Shown here: in pieces, positions 38,410 through 51,140 of the stretch | How the letters are laid out: the number at the start of each line of letters is the position of its first letter | Position numbering within the stretch: position 1 is the first letter of the stretch | Notes under the pieces: generated by a model | What the model was told of the DNA's origin: nothing | What the model saw: the letters and a program-made list of their open reading frames with translations, nothing else | The model's database searches: none | Assembly (NCBI RefSeq): GCF_009914755.1 | Contig: NC_060928.1 | Strand: one strand, 5' to 3' | From: the human T2T-CHM13v2.0 reference genome, Homo sapiens | Length of the DNA: 64,000 nt | Program-made: the position numbers and the translations under genes

Positions 38410-38476
38410 GATGGCAGTTCCCTCACACACTGATCTGCAATGGTTTTGTAGTTACTAAGCAAGGAGTTGAAATGAC

Positions 38477-38523
38477 AATATAAGCACAGAAGTTAAAAAT
38501 TAATATTTTAAGAGTAAAGTTCA
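38477..38523 (-). promoter_or_regulatory. UGT2A3 proximal promoter: TATA-like element, HNF1 site, HNF4/DR1-like site
   Basis: CTTATATT on - (38477-38484). GTTAAAAATTAAT (38492-38504) resembles the HNF1 consensus GTTAATNATTAAC. AGAGTAAAGTTCA (38511-38523) resembles an HNF4 DR1. Confidence 0.6.
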
Positions 38524-39592
38524 CTGGTGGTTGCCAGTTTAACATGTACTGAAGGTATCAAAAAAATGCAATGTATCAGGGAAAAGTTGTTCCAACCCTC
38601 TAGAACTTAGAAATAAAATACATAAATATACTTTTATTACCTGGATTGATGATAAAGAAAAAAATTTTTCAAGTCTTTAGATTTAATAATTCATGTGCAG
38701 AAACATGCACACAATCACACTTACATTCATTCCACACTAAGTCCAAGGCATCAGATGGTTTAGGACAGCACATGTTTCACATCCCTTGCTCACAAGGACA
38801 ATACAAAGGTTTACTGAGAATATACTTAGAGAGTTTGGGTAACTATTTTGACTAATTTTATATAATAAGTACAAAGTGTTCAGTATTTCAGAGGGGAAAA
38901 TGCACAATTGCTTTAATATGAAATAATAAAAGCTTTAATAAGGCATTTGACTTAGGAGGTGAGATGAAAGCTTTGATAGGATTTACTGTTGCCAAAGGAA
39001 GCATTTCACAATAGATAGAAGCATACAAAAGTATAGGATATTTGAAAATCATTCCAGTGAGTAGTGGTCACAGAGAAAGTTCAGAGCAGGACGTTACAGA
39101 AGAAAGTTAGTTTGAAATTGGAGAACATAATTTTAAATAAAAAATTATGAGTTTGAATCATAATTTATAGGCAAATAATTATTTACTCAAGTTTTAAAGG
39201 ATAGTCACAAGATCAACCTTTTCTTTAGCAAGAAACTCTTGCATCTCAACACAGAGTGGTATGTAAAGGTAAGAGTTTAAAACAGGGAAAACGATAAAAA
39301 TTATATATTAGTTACTGAGACATGTCAACCTAATAGAATGAAACATAAATTGTTAATAGTTAAATGCAAGAAATTAATTTAAAATTTGAATTTACTGATA
39401 ATATCTGAGATAGGAAAAAATGTGTAGGAGAAAAGACATGGTTGTGGTTTCTGTCTTAATAAGCAGAAGTTTGATAATGACATTAGGTAAAATATTATGC
39501 ACAAAACTTAGAGCAGTTTTCAGAATCAATATCATCTAACTGGGTTATTTTTCCTGTAGTTACTGTTCAAATTTTCAACAACTGTATGTAGA

Positions 39593-40247
39593 TGTGAACA
39601 AAAAATAAAATTTTAGGAATCCCCAACCATCTAAACGGACCCTTACTCTCAGCAAAGAGCATTTCAAAGTTAATCTCAAAAACTAGTTGAGGCAATGATG
39701 AGAAGTGGGGTGGTGGGATAGGATATGCCTCATTATACCCTCCCCCCTTTCTGAATTCAGGAAAAACTCACTAGCACTACCATCAACGCAGACTTTAAAA
39801 CCAATAGAACAGACTCACTAATTTTGATAAGAAACATTTACAATCTATTCTCTCTGAAGCCTGTTGCTTGACAGCTTTATCTGCATGATAACACCTTGGT
39901 ATTAACAGCCCTTTATCTTAACCCAGACATTCTTGTCTGTTAATTCTATAACTTAGACAACAATATAACTCAACCAATTGCCAATAGAAAATCCTTGAAT
40001 TTGCCTATGACCTGGAAGCCCCACTCCCAGTTGTCCTGCCTATCCAGACCAAGTCAATATATAACCTACATGTATGGATTGATGTCTAATGTCACTCTAA
40101 ATTGCATTAAAACTGTGTAGCCTGAGCACCATGATGACATGTTCTTAGGGTCTCTGGAGGGATAAATCACAGGCCATTACTGACTCATATTTGGCTCAGA
40201 ATAAACCTCTTTAAATATTTTAAAGTGTTCGACTCTTTTCATCAATA
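39593..40247 (+). mobile_element. MER4-family LTR (ERV1), 5' LTR of a degenerate provirus
   Basis: TGTGAACAAAAAATAAAATTTTAGGAATCCCCAACCATCTAAACGGACCC...GACTCTTTTCATCAATA. Confidence 0.85.
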
Positions 40248-40849
40248 ACAACTTGACACTTGAACATGTGGGGCCTCAGACAAAACTCAGGACACCATAA
40301 AACTTGCCTGAACTTGAAGCTAAGGTAGCAACAGAGGCCCACTGAATGCCTCTCCAATTTTGAGCTTCTTCTCCAGTGGAACTGGTATGTCCTCTTGAGT
40401 CCTGGATCTCCTTTTGGTATATAGTCCTTGATTTATTCTGAACATTTTTTCTTTTTTTTCTCCTTGGAGGTTGTCTTTTAGAATCCTAATTATACTTCAG
40501 GAGTTCATTCTAAAGGGTCCTCTCCATTGCCTTTTTTCCCAAATATAAGCTCAAATGGCTTCTCTGCACTTTTGTATGAGAAGCTGAACTATTATTTTCA
40601 CAGATAAATGAGAGACCAGAGACTGAGCTCCTCAGCTCTGAAGAGAAAGGGCATTTTACTCCTCCCAGCCAAGGGGGCCCACTTGGAATGTCTGGGATGT
40701 TAAAACTTCATGATGTATAGTGGCCAAACAGAGAACCCCTGCCAACACAACGAGTTTAAAAAAGCTCATCTAGAAAATGCATGTAAGAGCTGATCACTCA
40801 GTGTTTTGAGCCCTCATGGAGGTGATAGCTGTCTGGAGAGAGAAACTAA

Positions 40850-41400
40850 TGAGAGAAAAGAAAATAAGGAACCAGTTAGGCAAATAGTTTGGACAAGTTT
40901 CTTGGTAGAAGTCCTCCCCCAAAAAATAACAGTGTGGAAGAAATCAAGCTGCAAGCGCAGATAAGGAAGCAAAGTCCAAAGCCTTTGTCTTCTGTGCAAC
41001 AAGTGAGCTCTGCCTGTACATGGTGGCCTTCAGTGATCACATACCTTTTATTTTCAGGCATACTCGTATAAAGGAACTTGCACAGAGTGCTTGTCTAAGA
41101 CAGACCTGTAGCTGTATACATAAAGAAAGTTACACAGAACCAGACACATCCGCAGTGACACATACCAAATAAGCAAAATAAAACAACATGCACTAAGTCA
41201 GGCTAAGGACCTGAGTGCACACTAGAGGGAAGAAGTGGAGCTAACGATAATTTGTATATATGCAAAGAAGACATCCAATCCTAACCAGTTTTTCATGTCT
41301 TACACAAATGAAACACTCTGCCCCATTAGCTTTCTTTCTTCCTTTTTTTTTTATAAGAGTCTTTGCATTCAACTGTGAAAGGACAACCCTTTCCAGAACT
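40850..41400 (+). mobile_element. Partial ERV1-type LTR, family uncertain
   Basis: TGAGAGAAAAGAAAATAAGGAACCAGTTAGGCAAATAG start; CCAAT-like and tataaga motifs near 41275-41360. Confidence 0.5.
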
Positions 41401-41453
41401 CCTGGTAATACCTCAAACAACAAAACTGCTCCAGTGACCCTAGTCTGCTTTAC

Positions 41454-42063
41454 TGTAAAAAGTAAAGTAGAGGTGCCTCTTCAAAGACTTTCCTCCTCAT
41501 CTAATTGAGAATAAATAGTAACTTGTCTTAGAAGCAAAATTTATTCAAAGACCTGTGCTAACATTCTTAAATATTCACTAGCCGTAATAAAGAAATCAAT
41601 GTACTTTATGTTCTTAGCTCCCACAATTTAGCCTAAATATTTGCCCTGGCATGCTTGCACTGGTCCAAGAAAGCGTTAGGTCATAGACTTGTCCTATTGC
41701 TTATTTGAAGGTGTTTTTACCTTTCTCAGCATTCCACAAGTTACTTCCACCTTCCTTTGTTCTCCTCTGCCTTTGCCTCTTTTAAAAAGTTCTAAGTTGC
41801 TAGCCAATCAGGACAAACACAGAATATGAGGTCCTATTCCTTCCAGTAGAAACAGGACACAGCAGTAAGGTGGATGCATCAAGTTATAAATGACCCTGTA
41901 TCCTCTGTTTGGTGTACTTTCATGACTAAACTGCTGGTGAGTGCACCCTTTTTGCAGAAAGGAAAAAAAAAAGAAAAAAAAAATGGTCTTGCTGAAGAAA
42001 TTAAATTTATGTTCGAGTGCTATTTCTTTTCTTTACGGCACTGAAGAACAAGCATTTCAAAGA
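41454..42063 (+). mobile_element. LTR10-family solo LTR
   Basis: TGTAAAAAGTAAAGTAGAGGTGCCTCTTCAAAGACTTTCC start; CCAAT and TATAAA; imperfect 5-bp TSD tttac/ttcac. Confidence 0.8.
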
Positions 42064-42319
42064 TTCACTAAGACATGTAAGAAGGCAGAAACAACTCAAT
42101 GTTAAAACATGTGGAGTCTCACTTACAATCAGCACGCATTGATGCACCACACAAAAAACCCTAGGACACAGTTTGGTTCCTCCTTTTAAGAAAAAAAGTG
42201 GGAAAATATATAAGAATGAGGAAAGACAAGGACAAAACTCTTTTGGGGCAATTTTTTGGTTTCATGCGGCTCCCATTTGCAAGCATGTGTGTAAAACGGA
42301 GAAGTTTGGGGGCCTTCCC

Positions 42320-43950
42320 CATCTAATGATTTAGGACCACCCCCTTAGTGCTGTCTTATCATAGTGTTTTCAGAAGATCTGGTTGTTTAAAAGTGTGTAG
42401 CGCTCCCCCCAACTTCCTCCTGCTCCAGTCAGGCAGGACATGTTGGCTTCCCCTTCACCTTCTCATAATTATAAGTTTCCTGAGGTCTCCTCAGCCATAG
42501 TACCTATACAGCCTGGGGAACTGTGAGTAATTTAAACCCCTTTTTTTCATAAATTACCCAATCTTGAGTAGTTCTTTATAGCAATATGAGAACAAATGTG
42601 AGAACAAAGTAATACAGAAGATGTGAGAACAATGTGACAGCAAACTAATACAGAAAACTAGAGAGGTGGGGCATTGTTATAAAGATACCTGAAGATGTGG
42701 AAGCAACTTTGGAGCTTGGTAATGGGCAGAGGTTGAAACAGTTTGGAAGGCTCAGAAAAAGACAGGAAGATGAGGAAAAGACAGGCAGATCCACAGGGCC
42801 AGAGCTGCCCAAAGCCTTGAGAGCCCTCCCGTTGCACTGGTGTGCCATAGATGTGAGACATAGAGTCAAAGGAAATTATTTTGGAGCTTTAAGATTTAAT
42901 GAGGGCCCTGCTGGGTTTAGGAGTTGCCTGGGGCCTGGAGCCCCTTGATTCTGGTCAACATTTTCCTTTTAAAATGGGAACATTCACTCAGTTGCTGTAT
43001 CCCCACTGGATCTTGGAAGTAACTCTCTTGTTTTTTATTCTCCAAGCTCATAAGTGGAAGGGACTTGCCTTGTCTCAGATGAGACTTACTATTTGGACAT
43101 TTTGGGTAATGCTGGAATGTGTTAAGACTTTGGGAGTCTGTGGAGAAGGCATGATTTTGTTTTAAAATGTGAGAAGGACATGAGATTTGGGAGGGTTCAG
43201 GGCTAGAATGATACAGTTTGGCTCTATGTTCCCACCCAAATCTCATGTTAAATTGTGATATGTTTCAGCTGTGTCACCATCCAAATGTCATCTTGAATTG
43301 TAGTTCCCATAATCCCCATGTGTTTTGGGAGGGACCCAGTGGGAGGTAATTTAATCATGAGGGTGGTTATTCCCATGCTGCTGTTCTCATGATAGTGAGT
43401 GAGTTCTCATGAGATCTGATGGTTTTATAAGGGGCTTTTCCCCCTTTTGCTCAAAGGACATGTTTGCTTCCCCTTCTGCCATGATGGTAAGTTCCCTGAG
43501 GCCACGCCAGCCATGCTGAACTGTGAATCCACTGAACCTTTTTTCTGTATAATTTACCCAGTTTTGGGTATGTCTTTATTAGCCGTGTGAGAATTAACTA
43601 TTACAAATTGTTATCTTCAGTGCTAGAGGTGGAGGCTGGTAGGAGGTGATTGAATCATGGGAGTGATTTCTAATGTTTTTGCACCATCTTCCTAGTGTTG
43701 TCTTGTGATACAGCTCTCATGAGATCTGGTTGTTTAAAAGGGTGTATTACCAAACCCCATCTTCATGCTGCTCCAGGAATGTAGGATATGTTGGCTTCCA
43801 CTTTACCTTCTTGCATGATTATAAGTTTTTTTAGGCCTCTTCAGTCATGCTACCTATACACCCTGTGGAATGTGAGTCAATTAAACCTCTTTTCTTCATA
43901 AATTACCCAGTCTCAGGTAGTTTTTTATAACTATGTCATAATGGAATATC
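42320..43950 (+). mobile_element. MaLR element (MST LTR-int-LTR, internally deleted) with a nested THE1-type LTR at ~43255-43605
   Basis: Repeated MST/THE1 motifs (gagatctgatggtttt, ataaattacccagtctcagg, aaagatacctgaagatgtggaagcaactttgga). Confidence 0.8.
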
Positions 43951-45637
43951 AGACTTTCTAGGGCTCTAGATAGTTACATATTATGTTCTGTTTTGCACAT
44001 TTTAAACTGATGGCCCAATTACACTAAGTGAAAATTTAGACCCAAAGGCTTACATGTAACTATAAAGTTTTTATGTTCTCTATTTTTCTTTTTTCTACCT
44101 GCTTTATGTCTACTGCTAGTTTTCTACTGAGGAAAAAAAAAATCACTTTTTGGCTAGAACCATTATTTTGTTTTTTTTTTCTTCTTATTATTATTATTTG
44201 TAAACCAGTGAGTTTGTATCAATATCTCATGTCTGGAGTTCTAAAGTAAAAGCTGTAGAATCTTTGTATGAGGGTGTTTGTGTCTGTTTATCTGTACATA
44301 CGTGTATTTTTTATGTGTTATAGCTACAAGGAACCAAATAAAATTAAAGTTAAGGAGATCTCAGAAATTAAGGAAATAATAAACCTAATGGCTTTTCAAG
44401 TCTATGTGAATTAAGTAAAATTTTTAAAGAAAAAACTAGCTTTGAAATTGTTGGTAAACTAATATTAGAGATGTCTTAAGAATTGTTAGCATTTTTCTTT
44501 CCACTTATTGATCAAGTGGTTTCATACTTAGTCTTGCCAAATATTTTTGTTTCCTGCCAAATATTGTAAGGTGCCAAAATTTGGCATAAGGTTTATAAAA
44601 CTGTGAACCCAGCACCAAACTAAATGATCTTTGCTGGTGTAATTTTTAGTAAAGAAAACATTTAATATTATTGGCTTAATGAGAGCAACTAAATCCTGAG
44701 TTATTGGAAAAATACCCATATATTTAACCTTAAGTTTCTTAGGTAAATACCTGAAATTCATAGGGTATAAACATAGTTAAAAAATAACTAAGGGATGACT
44801 GTTACACTTTTTATAAATAATCTAGGCAAACTATTAAATAAATTTATTATATGACTATGATAAAATGAAAGTCATATAATTTGGAATCTAAAGCTATATT
44901 AAATAATAGATATTTGTTAAATGTATGGGTAATTTTTGATTTCAAAAATTATAAGGAAACTTTAAAAAATGTTTTCTTATTAAAAGACAATTATTTTTCT
45001 AGTTCAACAGTTATTTAAAGTGTATATATTATACAAGGCAAAAGAAACTAGGGAATAAGAGATATTTAAAGAAACATACATATAAAAAGGTACCTTTGGT
45101 AAGAAAGATTACATGAAGACAAATCTTGTATTGTATATTTTTGTTCTAAAATAAAATAACAGGTTGTTGAAGAAGATGGATGTTTAAGACAAACCCCAAA
45201 GCCAAGTATGTTATGAATAATCTGTGTAAGTCATAGTAAGTTTAGTAAAATGAAATTTATTTTAAATACATATATGAAATATATATGAGTAAGTTGGCTA
45301 TAACTAAAAAGAGATTATAATAGTCTTTCTGGTAATTGGACTTTAATATTAAAATTAAACTAATACAAAACTAATGAATTGGTTATAAAAATTATATTAA
45401 AATATTGAGTTAATGCAAGAATATTTCATTTTTTAAACTGTGTAATCTGATTAGTAGAAGTTTAGTTTCTGCTATATCCTGCTGCTTCAGCTCTTCCTTC
45501 CTTTTGAGAAGGCCTGGGATGGTAACTCTCTCCTTAAACTTTTGTTGAATCCTGTAACATTTCTTTTTATTCATAGTCTGAAGTAAGGGAGACAGTTTTT
45601 GAAAACAGGCAAATGAAAAACATTTTTTGGATCTGCC

Positions 45638-46127
45638 TGCCCAGACCAGCTCAGTTGTGGAGACCCTTACCCAGTGGCACTAGAGGAATTAAAGACACAA
45701 ACACACAGAAATATAGTGTGTGGAGTGGGAAATTAGGGGTCTCACAGGATTCAGAGCTGAGAACCTGGAACAGAGACTTACCCACATATTTATTGACAGC
45801 AAGCCAGTGATAAGATTTACTAAAAGTATTCCTTATGCGAAATAAAGTAATGGACCAAAACAAAGGATGGGCTCTGGCTAGTTATCTGCAGCAGGAACAT
45901 GTCCTTAAGGCACAGATCGCTCATGCTATTATGTGTGCTTTAAGAATGCCTTAAGCACTTTTCTGCCCTGGGTGGACCAGGTCTTCCTTGCCCTCATTCC
46001 AGTAAACTGATAACCTTCCAGTGTGGGTGTCATGGCCATCACAAGCATGTCACAGTGCTGCAGAGACTTTGTTTATGGCCAGTTTTGGGGTCAGTTTATG
46101 GCCAAATTGGGGGGCCTGATCCCAACA
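45638..46127 (-). mobile_element. MER9 solo LTR (second copy)
   Basis: Reverse-complement homologue of 9173-9713 with a perfect 6-bp TSD TCTGCC. Confidence 0.92.
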
Positions 46128-46488
46128 TCTGCCTTTGTCTGTATCTCTGTTATATTTATATATTACTTGCGTCATGTGGAAGTGATATTTCAATATCAAA
46201 ATATATGAAAGAGCTCTAATCAATTGACTTAAAGAAAAGTTAAGTGCTTATCACACTAACAAAAGCTAGCTTGGATACCTTTGAGTTCACATGACTATAG
46301 TAGTATTTGGTAACATTAATTTGGAAAATTTAATCTCAAAATTCTCTCTAATAGTATAAAATCTGAGTCATGTTATGTTAAATTAAGTAACCCTCAGTAT
46401 GGTCACTGAGAATTTATGTTACTGAGAGTTAAAATAGTTGTAGAATACAAAGGTTTTTTTGGGTGAGGTTTATAAAAACAGAAGGATG

Positions 46489-46784
46489 GGTCAGGTGTGG
46501 TGGCTCATGCCTGAAATCCCAGCACCTTGGGAGGCCAAGGCAGGTGGATCATGACATCAGAAGATTGAGACCATCATGTCTAACATAGTGAAACCCCATC
46601 TCTACCAAAAAAAGATACAAAAAATTAGCTGGGCATGGTGGCAGGCACCTGTAGTCCCAGCTGCTCATGAGGTTGAGGCAGGAGAGTGGCATGAACCTGG
46701 GAGGCAGAGCTTGCAGTGAGCTGAGATCTTGCCACTGCACTCTAGCCAGGGAGACAGAGAGATACTCCATCTCAAGAAAAAAAA
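46489..46784 (+). mobile_element. AluY-like element
   Basis: Y-type features: tggcatgaacc, gagcttgcagtg, gaccatc...ctaaca. Confidence 0.9.
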
Positions 46785-46792
46785 TGATGGGG

Positions 46793-46840
<48 letters not shown>
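46793..46840. repeat. (TAGA)12 tetranucleotide STR
   Basis: 12 perfect units counted. Confidence 0.97.
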
Positions 46841-47195
46841 AAGATAAGACCAAATGGATAAAGAGAAAAATGAAAACTCAGGGAATGAGAAACTTTTGAC
46901 TCTTGGGTGGCTACACGGTCACCCACCTTCAGGAGCTGCAGCTGGGCTGCATTCAGTTACTAAAGGTCAAAGTTACCAGTGGAAATTTAGAGATGGATGA
47001 TAGCCACACTCCCAGGGAGTTAGTTCAGTGAATGCATAACAAAATGTAAACTAATAAGAAAACTACAAAATGTTAATTCCCTCAGTTATTGCTATCTGTA
47101 ATCGCTAAAATGAAAGTAAAAGAGTGCTGGGTTTTGCCTTAAGGCTGGACCAAATTTATGTGGGTCTTTCTCAGCTCAGGCCACTAGCCTCAAAG

Positions 47196-47198
<3 letters not shown>

Positions 47199-47242
<44 letters not shown>
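47199..47242. repeat. (CA)22 microsatellite
   Basis: 22 perfect units counted. Confidence 0.97.
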
Positions 47243-47246
<4 letters not shown>

Positions 47247-49893
47247 TACACATCTTAAGCCAGGGCAACAAAGCTACTTTTGAGACCTGTAGTTACCAAG
47301 AACCTCTAGTCAATGTGGGGAAAGGGAAAGCCAAGTTAACTATTAAACCCAGAGGGTGTAATGTAAAGAAATTGCTCCATTTTGTAGAGTAATATAATCA
47401 GTTTCTGAGAAACCTTTACTATAATGGATTGGAAAAATAACTACTTTAAGGACAATATTTTTTATTTTAAGTGCTACAGAATGAAAGAGCATGAGTTTAT
47501 GCAGGTCCCACAGCTCACAATTAAATAATCACTGAAGAGTATATGTGACCCAGCTTCACAAAAGTTTATTCCTGAGAAAACAACCAGCCTAGTGGACAGA
47601 ATAATTGCCATTGTTAAGTTTGATTACCCTGAGAAAGAGACTGCCCAACTCACCCTGTAAAATTCCAGGTGGAGTTCCCCAGATGAAGCAACTGATATGC
47701 TTCGTATACAAGCCATATGGGACTGGCTTTATCAATACCAGAATATTATTCAACTAAATATACCTATTACCCTGGTCATAGTAAAGGCTATGGTTAAGTG
47801 GGCCCCTTCTACCTGGGCACAAAATGCTATCAAAGGTGGGGTGAACCAAAGGGAGCTCCTGCTGGTCCCCAAACATCAAAGGGACCTACACCAGTTTTTT
47901 TTGTATTTGCCTTAGATTGGATAAGTTTTTTTTTTAAAAGCATAATTTGTAATCTAATGGGAAAGCTGACATTGCCTGTGGCAATGTTGAGGCAAGTTTA
48001 GATAGAGATTGACAAAAGGGCTTGAGAATCTTGGCTCAACCCTATTCTGGGAGATTTTATTTTTTACCAGAAAGTTAAATTTGTTTGAAGATAAAGAAGA
48101 AAAGCTCCTGGGATCAGAACATAAAATTGTAAATGTTGAGAGGATTACAAAATTTGAGATGTTTAAGCAGATTGTATGTAAGGTTGTTGTGACTCATTTA
48201 CCTGATAACAGTGGTGTTCTTTACATTAGAATAGAGGACAAAAATTCCCAGATTTTCGTAGAGAGATAATATTGAAAACAACATGAGTAAACTAACCACA
48301 CCTAACTAATGAAAGATAAAAATTTTTTTGTGGATTTTTGTTTGAAACATAGCTAATTATTTTTCTTTTTAGAGATTAGAAAACTTTTTTTTTCTTTTGA
48401 GCCACATACAACGTTTAACAATTGGGTAAAGTACACTCCTTTAGGCAAAATTTAAAACGTATTTCTCTCTCTACCTGATTTCTCCAGAATTTGAAGACTC
48501 ATTGTAAGCATACTTAATTTACGACAGTATAGTTATTTGTGTAAGTTAAATAAGAATCTTTTTTTTCTTTTTAATAACAGGACACTATTAGGAAATATAT
48601 ACCAAAGCTCTAACTCGAATGGAATACTTTCAGATTGCTTTTAGGGATCAAAGTTGACTAATAGAGCCAATAAAACCCCTTGGTAAATCTGACCTCTTAA
48701 CTGGTCTACACGATTCTTGTAAGAATTTCTTCCCTATGGCAAGTAAAGAATGTCACTTTCTGACAGTCTCAGGAGCCCCACATTATCTTGGGACCTCAAG
48801 GTGAGAAATTCATCCAACCCATACTGATATTTGCAGGCACAGATAGATCCGTGGCTGGGCTGAAGGGTTTGAAAAGTCTAAGCTAATATTTCTTATGGAC
48901 TAAAGTTCCAGCAAAGCTAATTTTAAGAATTCTATAAGGCAAATAATTATTCTGACTAACTTTATACAAAAACCCAGGCCAAGTAAAATAGGAATTTTTT
49001 TTTTACTTTATGCAAATATATTTGTCCTACTATTTTTTTTCTTCAGTAAAAATGGGAATTGAAGAAAGAAAAACTGTGCTTCAGGAAAATAATATAGCAC
49101 ACCTGTTGTTAGATTTGTCCTGTCTATTATTTTTGAGTTTTTAATATTTTATACACTGTGCACTTAATCCTGAATTTTTTCTTGGTTACAAGTCCCAAAA
49201 CTAATGCTTGCAAATTATATTTTAATTCTTTTTCTGACTTGGCCTCAATAAAATTGTTACTACATCTTTTCTGAGGCCTTGATTCTTTGTAATACAGGTG
49301 AGAAAAAAGCATGTGAAATTGATACTACCTTCCTCCTCTTTAAACAAAAATCCTTTAAGTCTAATGTATAGAGAAATTGTGCCAAACATTAACCTTTTGT
49401 TTTTCTGCTGTCTCTACATAAATGCCTTTATTAAATATCTGTTTTCTTTCATAGATACAGAAGCTTAGCTTATCTTCAATGCTGCCTCCTTAAACAGATA
49501 TGAGAAACATTTGTTTAACTGAACTCATCTAGTCTCAGGCCTAGAACACTGACTAAATAGATATAGGATGATATATTTAAGTTTGCTCTTCTTATTTAAC
49601 TGAATCTGTCTTTCTAAAAACCTATAGTCTATTGTTCACTTAAGTGCTGTACTAGAACTGTGGGTGAGAATATTAACATCTTTGTTATACAACCATGAGT
49701 ACATGCAGATAGCTGCATAGCAGTGATTTCCCTCCTATTTCCCTGTGATTAAATCCTTAACTATGCTCCTATCAGCAGGAAGAAACTAGATTGATTTTCA
49801 CGCTTTTTTATCTCTATGTCCACAAACTTAAGAATGAGATGTATGAAAGCCAAAAGAGATATTAAAATCACCTTTGCAAAAATTATATCAGTG

Positions 49894-50601
49894 TGTAACC
49901 AAGCAGCTTAGCTTCAAACCACATTTTAAAAACTTTTTTATTTCCTCTTTCTCTCCAGTCTCAAGACACAGCTTTCCAACAATCAACAGATGTGTATTCT
50001 TTCATCTTGAAATAGAGCATGAGAATGTGCTTTAAAACTCCACTCTCCTTTCCCACTTTAAGCTCCCATGCCTTCTGCACATTAATTTACCTAGATGCCT
50101 GTTAAGCACACACCATGATAACTTATCTGACTATATACCGGTTAGAAGCTTCAGGGATCAAATCCTAACATGCTGCAGACATTTCTGGAATTCTCTTCCC
50201 AACAGGAGATTACTTCAAGGCTGGAGTTCACTCCCAGTTAGAGTAACTGCAAGATTCTCTGTGATTAATTTGTAACCAGGTTGAGCACATAATGTTCTCC
50301 CCTTCACTAGATGGAACAATAATTCAAGATAAACCACTGGAGTGTGTCACACAACCTGGCACATCCGAACCCACCTTGCCTCTTCTGCATTCCAAGCCCT
50401 TCTTCTTAAATCATTGCCCTATCTACAGAAATTGAGAAGTAGTAAATTTTGAAAGAAGTGGTAAATTTTGAAAGTGCTTCTGGCCACTTTCCCCTTTGCT
50501 GACAACAGTAATAAAATTTACTGTCTTTCTTATTATATCCTGCTTTTACTATTTTGGCTTCTTTCTACAAGTGGTGAGCAACCAGACCCTCTTTTGTTAC
50601 A
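49894..50601 (+). mobile_element. ERV1-type solo LTR, family uncertain
   Basis: TGTAACC...GTTACA inverted termini; AATAAA at ~50509. Confidence 0.7.
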
Positions 50602-51104
50602 GTGGAAGGTGACTGGATTATGGGAGTGAAGCATTATTGAATGATTTAGCACAATCCCCTTGGTGATAAGTTAACTGTCACTCAGGTAATTCACACAATA
50701 ATTGGTTGCTTCAAACAGTTGGGAACATCCCTTCTCTCTCTTGATCCCACCCTTGCCATGTGATGCAATGGCTCCTTCTATAAATTCCATCACGATTGTA
50801 TGCTTTCTGTAGTCCTCACCAGAAGCAGATACTGGAGACAAACTTGCACAGCCTAAAGAACTGTGAACCAATTAAACCTCTTTTCTTTATAAATTATTCA
50901 GCATATTAGTCTATTCTCACACTGCTCTGAAGAACTATGTAAGACTGGGCAATTTATGAAAAAAATAGGTTTAACGACTGACAGTTCCATAGCTGTAACA
51001 GAAGGCATGACTGGGAGACCTCAGAAAACTAAAAATCTGGAGAAAGTAAAGGGGGAAGCAAACACATCTTCCATGGTGGCAGGACACCGAGAGAGAGACA
51101 GAGG

Positions 51105-51140
<36 letters not shown>

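Larger units (their letters stand above)
40248..49893 (+). mobile_element. MER4-group ERV1 internal sequence (non-coding, interrupted by nested elements)
   Basis: Follows the LTR directly. AT-rich internal sequence with no intact gag/pol/env. Ends in a purine-rich tract and an LTR-like start (aaatcacctttgcaaaaattat) at ~49863. Confidence 0.65.

Noticed and set aside
38410-38430. 7-codon N-terminal extension from a GTG start in the ORF track (MCEGTAI)
   Set aside because: The ATG at 38409 has good Kozak context and gives the standard signal peptide and 527-aa length.
9173-46127. Two MER9 LTRs as the ends of one provirus
   Set aside because: Opposite orientations, and each has its own distinct 6-bp TSD (CACATG, TCTGCC), so they are independent solo LTRs.
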